This document shows, piece after piece, positions 8,402 to 15,731 of a stretch of 15,731 bases of DNA. Within the stretch, counting starts at the first letter, position 1. Each line of letters begins with the position of its first letter. Position numbers and translations under genes: made by a program. Below the pieces are notes generated by a model. The model was given only the letters and a program-made list of their open reading frames with translations, was not told the origin of the DNA and searched no databases. The DNA is from Gemmatimonadota bacterium (GTDB taxonomy: Bacteria > Gemmatimonadota > Gemmatimonadetes > Longimicrobiales > RSA9): assembly GCA_040905425.1 (NCBI GenBank), contig JBBDRO010000108.1, forward strand, positions 1-15,731. Direction: 5' to 3'.

Positions 8402-10110
8402 GGCAGCCGCCCCGGCTCGCCCGGCAGACCACCACCACTGCTACCCGGCGTCAACTGTATGCCCTTCACATCACCCTCCGCCTGCACGCCACTCACCTCA
8501 CCATTCACCATCTGCACCTCGATACGCTGCGCCAGCAGGTAGCTGATGTCCCACGGCCGCTCGGTGTCCTCCTCCGTCCGCTGCCGGAAGAGCGAGCTGG
8601 CCGGCGCACCCACGGCCACGAGCCGATCCAACACCCGCTCTCCCGTCTCGGCGGCAGGCGCCCGCAGGTCGATGGCGGCGGGATCCGCCACCGCGTCCGG
8701 CAGCGGCGGATCACCAGGCGCACCCGGCTCCGCCGGCGTCGCCGCCACGAAGAACGCCCGGATCGTGTCCCCCTGGACCCAGTTGTCCCGGGCAATCTCG
8801 GGCACGCCCTCCATGGCCAGCGCCGCCGTGTCACGCATGACACCACGCGCCTGGCCCACCGCCACCACCTCCTGGATGACCTGGCCGGGCGCCAGGGCGT
8901 CGATGGAATCGGCCACCATATCCACCGTCTCGGAGCGCACCGTGGCGCGCCGCCGGGAATCGGGGGCTGCCGGCCCCTCGAGATCTGCTGGCGCCCCGGG
9001 CGCCCCTCCCGGCGGCCCCGCACGCTCCGGTGCGGGGTCGCCCACCACCACCATGCGCTCCACCTCTCCCGCGGTGAAGAGCAGGCGGATGCGCGGGCCG
9101 TCGGCGCTCATCTCCTCGGACTCCAGCGTGGCCTGGCCGAGCGCCAGAATCTCACGGAAGGCGTCCGGGTCCGCGGGCGGGGCGTCGGGATCGTCCAGCA
9201 GGGGGGCGGCCAACACGACGGTGTCTGCCACGACCGCGGTATCCGCCACGACCGCAGTGTCTGCCACGACCGCGGTATCCGCCACGACCATGGTATCCGC
9301 CACGGCCAGGGTGTCCACCGCAGCCCCGGCCGTGTCCGGGAGGAGCCCGCGCCGACCGGGCAGCAACCCGCCCCGCCCGCCCGCCTCCGGATCTTCCGCC
9401 AGCGGGGCAGAGCGCTCCGTATAGGCCAGGATGCTGTCCCCCGTGAGCGTGTAGTCTCCCGCCATGCGCGCCTGCCCCACCAGGCGCAGGATGCCCGCGT
9501 CCTCGTTGAAGAAGGCGCGCTGCTGGGCGGTGGCGTCCACGTTCTGGCGGCGGATGACCACGTTGCCGCGCCCCTCGAAGGCGCTCTGCCCGCGGATGGT
9601 CATGGCGTCGGCCACCACGTGGGTGGTGTCACCGGCCTGGCGCAGCTCCGGGGGCGTGCGGAAGAGCGTGGCCACCGGGCGGCCGCTGTAGATCTCGATG
9701 CGCTCCTCGTCCTGGAAGTAGTCCATCGTGGGCCCCTCGATCACGGACCCGGTGGCCAGATCGGTGAGCACCACCTGACCGGCGCCGCCCTGCGCGGACA
9801 GGTGGCGGTTACGCGTGTAGTAGCGGGCCGTGGCCGCCGTGAGCGTCTTGGTGGTATCGGCAAAGGAGACGTTGCCGATGAACTCCGCCATGTTCGTGCT
9901 CACGTGGATGATCACGCTGTCTGAGCGGATGCGGGTGCCCCCCGCGCAGTGCACCGTGACACCGCCGCCCAGGAAGTGGGTCTCCCCCGGCGTGCCCGGC
10001 GCCACGATGTTCTGCTCGCCCTCCGCGTCGTAGCGGGTGCACTGCTGCGCAGCCGCCGGCTGCGCCAGCACTCCGAGCCCGATCACCGCCGCCGCCCAGG
10101 TCCAGCGCAT
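8398..10110 (-). CDS. Exported LptA/OstA-like beta-jellyroll protein, long form (570 aa)
   Basis: Sec signal [23 protein letters not shown]. Repeated jellyroll-like strands ([43 protein letters not shown]). Located between lptC and lptB. No C-terminal aromatic barrel signal, so unlikely to be LptD. Confidence 0.75.
   Translation of the reverse strand: MRWTWAAAVIGLGVLAQPAAAQQCTRYDAEGEQNIVAPGTPGETHFLGGGVTVHCAGGTRIRSDSVIIHVSTNMAEFIGNVSFADTTKTLTAATARYYTRNRHLSAQGGAGQVVLTDLATGSVIEGPTMDYFQDEERIEIYSGRPVATLFRTPPELRQAGDTTHVVADAMTIRGQSAFEGRGNVVIRRQNVDATAQQRAFFNEDAGILRLVGQARMAGDYTLTGDSILAYTERSAPLAEDPEAGGRGGLLPGRRGLLPDTAGAAVDTLAVADTMVVADTAVVADTAVVADTAVVADTVVLAAPLLDDPDAPPADPDAFREILALGQATLESEEMSADGPRIRLLFTAGEVERMVVVGDPAPERAGPPGGAPGAPADLEGPAAPDSRRRATVRSETVDMVADSIDALAPGQVIQEVVAVGQARGVMRDTAALAMEGVPEIARDNWVQGDTIRAFFVAATPAEPGAPGDPPLPDAVADPAAIDLRAPAAETGERVLDRLVAVGAPASSLFRQRTEEDTERPWDISYLLAQRIEVQMVNGEVSGVQAEGDVKGIQLTPGSSGGGLPGEPGRLP
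9221..9321. repeat. In-frame 18-bp tandem repeat (~5.5 units) encoding (VVADTA)n
   Basis: Plus-strand units from 9221: gtgtctgccacgaccgcg / gtatccgccacgaccgca / gtgtctgccacgaccgcg / gtatccgccacgaccatg / gtatccgccacggccagg / gtgtccaccgc. Confidence 0.95.
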
Positions 10111-10652
10111 CAGAAGATCACCAGCCCGACCGAGCCCGTGGGCCGGCGCAGCCGGACGTTGCCGATGCGTCCGCCCTGCACGCCGGTGGCAATGAAGCCG
10201 TCGCGCGCCGTTGTGCGCTCACCATCCTGAATGATCACGGAGGTGCTGTCACTCTCCATGCGCCCGGCCGCGGGGTCGTAGAGCAGCTCCGGCGTCTCGA
10301 TGCGGTAGCCGTCGCTGGTCACGAGCACCACATTGCCGCGCGCGATCATGGACTCGGTATTCCGGTTGAAGGTGCCGCGCTCGGAGGTCAGCGTGGCCGT
10401 CTGCTGGCCGGTGCTCTCGTCGAAGATCTTCAGGTCCACGCCGCGCAGGCTGTAGCCCGCCGAGTCCTGGAACTCGTAGGCGGTGTCCGCGCGCAGCTCG
10501 GCCGTGCGCCGATCCCCCTCCGTGGAGTAGTAGCGCATGCCCACGGTGACCATGTCGGCCGGGAGCTCCTGATAGTCGGTGCCCGCGGGCGCGGCAGGGC
10601 CGTTGCACGCGGCCAGGAGGAGCGCGGGAAGCAGGATGAAGGGTCGTCGCAT
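10110..10652 (-). CDS. lptC: LPS export periplasmic protein LptC, predicted lipoprotein
   Basis: 180 aa with lipobox LLAA-C16 and LptC-like segments (AELRADTA, ATLTSERG, IARGNVVLVT, IETPELLYD). Lies between kdsD and the LptA-like gene; SD-like AAGGA overlaps the kdsD TAA. Confidence 0.8.
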   Translation of the reverse strand: MRRPFILLPALLLAACNGPAAPAGTDYQELPADMVTVGMRYYSTEGDRRTAELRADTAYEFQDSAGYSLRGVDLKIFDESTGQQTATLTSERGTFNRNTESMIARGNVVLVTSDGYRIETPELLYDPAAGRMESDSTSVIIQDGERTTARDGFIATGVQGGRIGNVRLRRPTGSVGLVIF

Positions 10653-10658
10653 GATTCC

Positions 10659-11648
10659 TTATACCGCTCCGGCCCGCATAAGGTCATGCAGGTGGACCAT
10701 CCCCTCGAGAACGCCCTCCCCGTCCACCACCGGCAGCGCCATGATGCCGTGCTTCTCCATGACGTAGACCGCCGAGGCCGCCAGCACGTCCGCGCCGGTG
10801 GTCTTGGGCTCCGCGGTCATGACGTCCCCCACCGGACGGTCCAGGAAGCCGTCATCGTGCTCCATGAGGCGCGTGAGGTCCCCCGCGGTGACCACGCCCA
10901 CCACGCGGCGCGCGCCGTCCACCACGGCCACGGTGCCGCGCCGCTCGGCCAGCAGCACCACGCAGCGGCGCATGGCGGCGTCGGGCGGCAGCTCCGGCAG
11001 CTCCCCGGTGAGCATGACGTCCCCCACCCGCAGCGTGAGCTTGCGGCCCAGCGAGCCACCCGGATGGATGCGCGCAAAGTCCTCACGCGTGAAGCCGCGC
11101 TCCTCCAGCAGCGCCACGGCCAGCGCGTCCCCCATGGCCAGCGTCACGGTGGAGGAGGTGGTGGGCGCCAGGTCGTGCGGACAGGCCTCCTCCGCCACCG
11201 AGCAGTCCAGGCAGACGGTGACGGCGCGCCCCAGCACGGAGTCCACCCGCCCGGTGAGCCCGATCACGGGCACGCCCAGCCGGCTCAGGTACTCGAGCAG
11301 CCCTGCCAGTTCGTCGGAGGCGCCGCTCTTGGAGAGCAGGATGGCCACGTCCTGGCGCCCCACGATGCCCAGGTCGCCGTGCAGCCCCTCCACGGGGTGG
11401 AGGAAGATGGCCGGGGTGCCGGTGGAGGTGAGCGTGGCGGCGATCTTCCGCGCGATGATGCCGCTCTTGCCGATGCCGCTCACGATGACGCGCCCGCCGG
11501 TCTCGCGGAGCAGTCGCACGGCGCGCACGAACGGTTCGCCCAGGCGGGCCTCCAGGGCACCCACCGCGTCCCGCTCCATGCGCAGCACGCGCCGCCCCTG
11601 GTCGAGCACCTCGGCGTCGGTCAGGCGACCCGGCACGGCCACGCTCAC
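10659..11648 (-). CDS. kdsD: Arabinose-5-phosphate isomerase (KpsF/GutQ family, SIS domain plus CBS pair)
   Basis: GIGKSGIIARKIAATLTSTGTPA, HGDLG, EACPHDLAPTTS, HPGGSLG, then two CBS repeats ending HLHDL. GTG at 11648 overlaps the kdsC stop (GTGA); 329 aa. Confidence 0.95.
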   Translation of the reverse strand: MSVAVPGRLTDAEVLDQGRRVLRMERDAVGALEARLGEPFVRAVRLLRETGGRVIVSGIGKSGIIARKIAATLTSTGTPAIFLHPVEGLHGDLGIVGRQDVAILLSKSGASDELAGLLEYLSRLGVPVIGLTGRVDSVLGRAVTVCLDCSVAEEACPHDLAPTTSSTVTLAMGDALAVALLEERGFTREDFARIHPGGSLGRKLTLRVGDVMLTGELPELPPDAAMRRCVVLLAERRGTVAVVDGARRVVGVVTAGDLTRLMEHDDGFLDRPVGDVMTAEPKTTGADVLAASAVYVMEKHGIMALPVVDGEGVLEGMVHLHDLMRAGAV

Positions 11649-12215
11649 CGCACCGCCTCCGCCTGCGGCGCCGCGCCACGCTCCTCGAGGTAGGCCTCCA
11701 CCACGCGGGGCCACTCCCCACGGGCGCTGAGCAGCGCCTCCACGAACTCGCGCACGGCGCCGCGCCCGCCGGGGCGGTCGGTGCACCAGGCGGCCGCCGC
11801 GCGCACCTCGGCCACGGCATCCGCCACGGCCACGGGCAGCGCGCAGCGGCCGAGCAGCACCAGGTCGGGCAGGTCATCCCCCATGCACGCCACCTCGTCC
11901 CACGAGGCGCCCGCTTCCTCCAGCGCCGCCTCCGCGTGCGCCAGCTTCTGCCCGCCGGGGCCGATGCGGCAGGAGACACCCAGCTCCTCCGCGCGCAGAC
12001 GCGACGCCGCCGACTCGCGGCCGCTCACGATGGCCACGTGGATGCCCGCACGCTGCAGCAGCTTGATGCCCAGGCCGTCGGTGATGTCGAAGCGCTTGAG
12101 CTCCACGGCGTTGCCGACCGCGTCCTGCCCCAGGAAGACGCCGCCGTCCGAGAGCACGCCGTCCACGTCCAGGATGACCGCCCGGATACGCCCGGCCACC
12201 TCCGCCGGAATCGGC

Positions 12216-12223
<8 letters not shown>
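11645..12223 (-). CDS. kdsC: Kdo 8-phosphate phosphatase (HAD superfamily)
   Basis: LDVDGVLSDG, KRFDITDGLGI, IVSGR, MGDDLPD, GGRGAVRE. ATG at 12223 preceded by GGGAG and overlapping the kdsA end by 8 nt; 192 aa. Confidence 0.93.

Positions 12224-15731
<3,508 letters not shown>

Noticed and set aside
8398..10110. Calling the 570-aa exported protein LptD
   Set aside because: No aromatic-rich barrel region or terminal aromatic residue (ends LPGEPGRLP); position and motifs fit LptA/OstA-like.

Overview
High-GC bacterial chromosomal segment holding one long, tightly coupled minus-strand gene run: kdsB-pyrG-kdsA-kdsC-kdsD-lptC-(570-aa LptA/OstA-like)-lptB-rpoN-GT2-wecB-GT4-YfhO-like GT-C (the last truncated at the left edge and missing from the ORF track). 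It combines the full CMP-Kdo pathway plus CTP synthase, LPS transport components, sigma-54 and a membrane glycosylation module. Gene order and protein style suggest an FCB-group organism, possibly Gemmatimonadota (inference, not verified). Points of interest: (i) the two exported Lpt proteins are rich in D-[S/T]-[A/L/V/I/M/T] tripeptides, the Bacteroidota O-glycosylation sequon, including a tandemly expanded array, and a polyprenyl-P GT2 plus GT-C pair lies in the same run, suggesting a protein O-glycosylation system encoded with its substrates; (ii) LptB has an unexplained ~150-aa N-terminal domain; (iii) a sigma54-type site lies just downstream of a sigma70-type promoter ahead of an operon that encodes rpoN; (iv) a 30-bp repeat of the GT2/wecB junction creates a 30-aa ORF coupled at both ends; (v) a probable IS end sits at the right edge. 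All calls rest on motif reading by eye; no searches were run.
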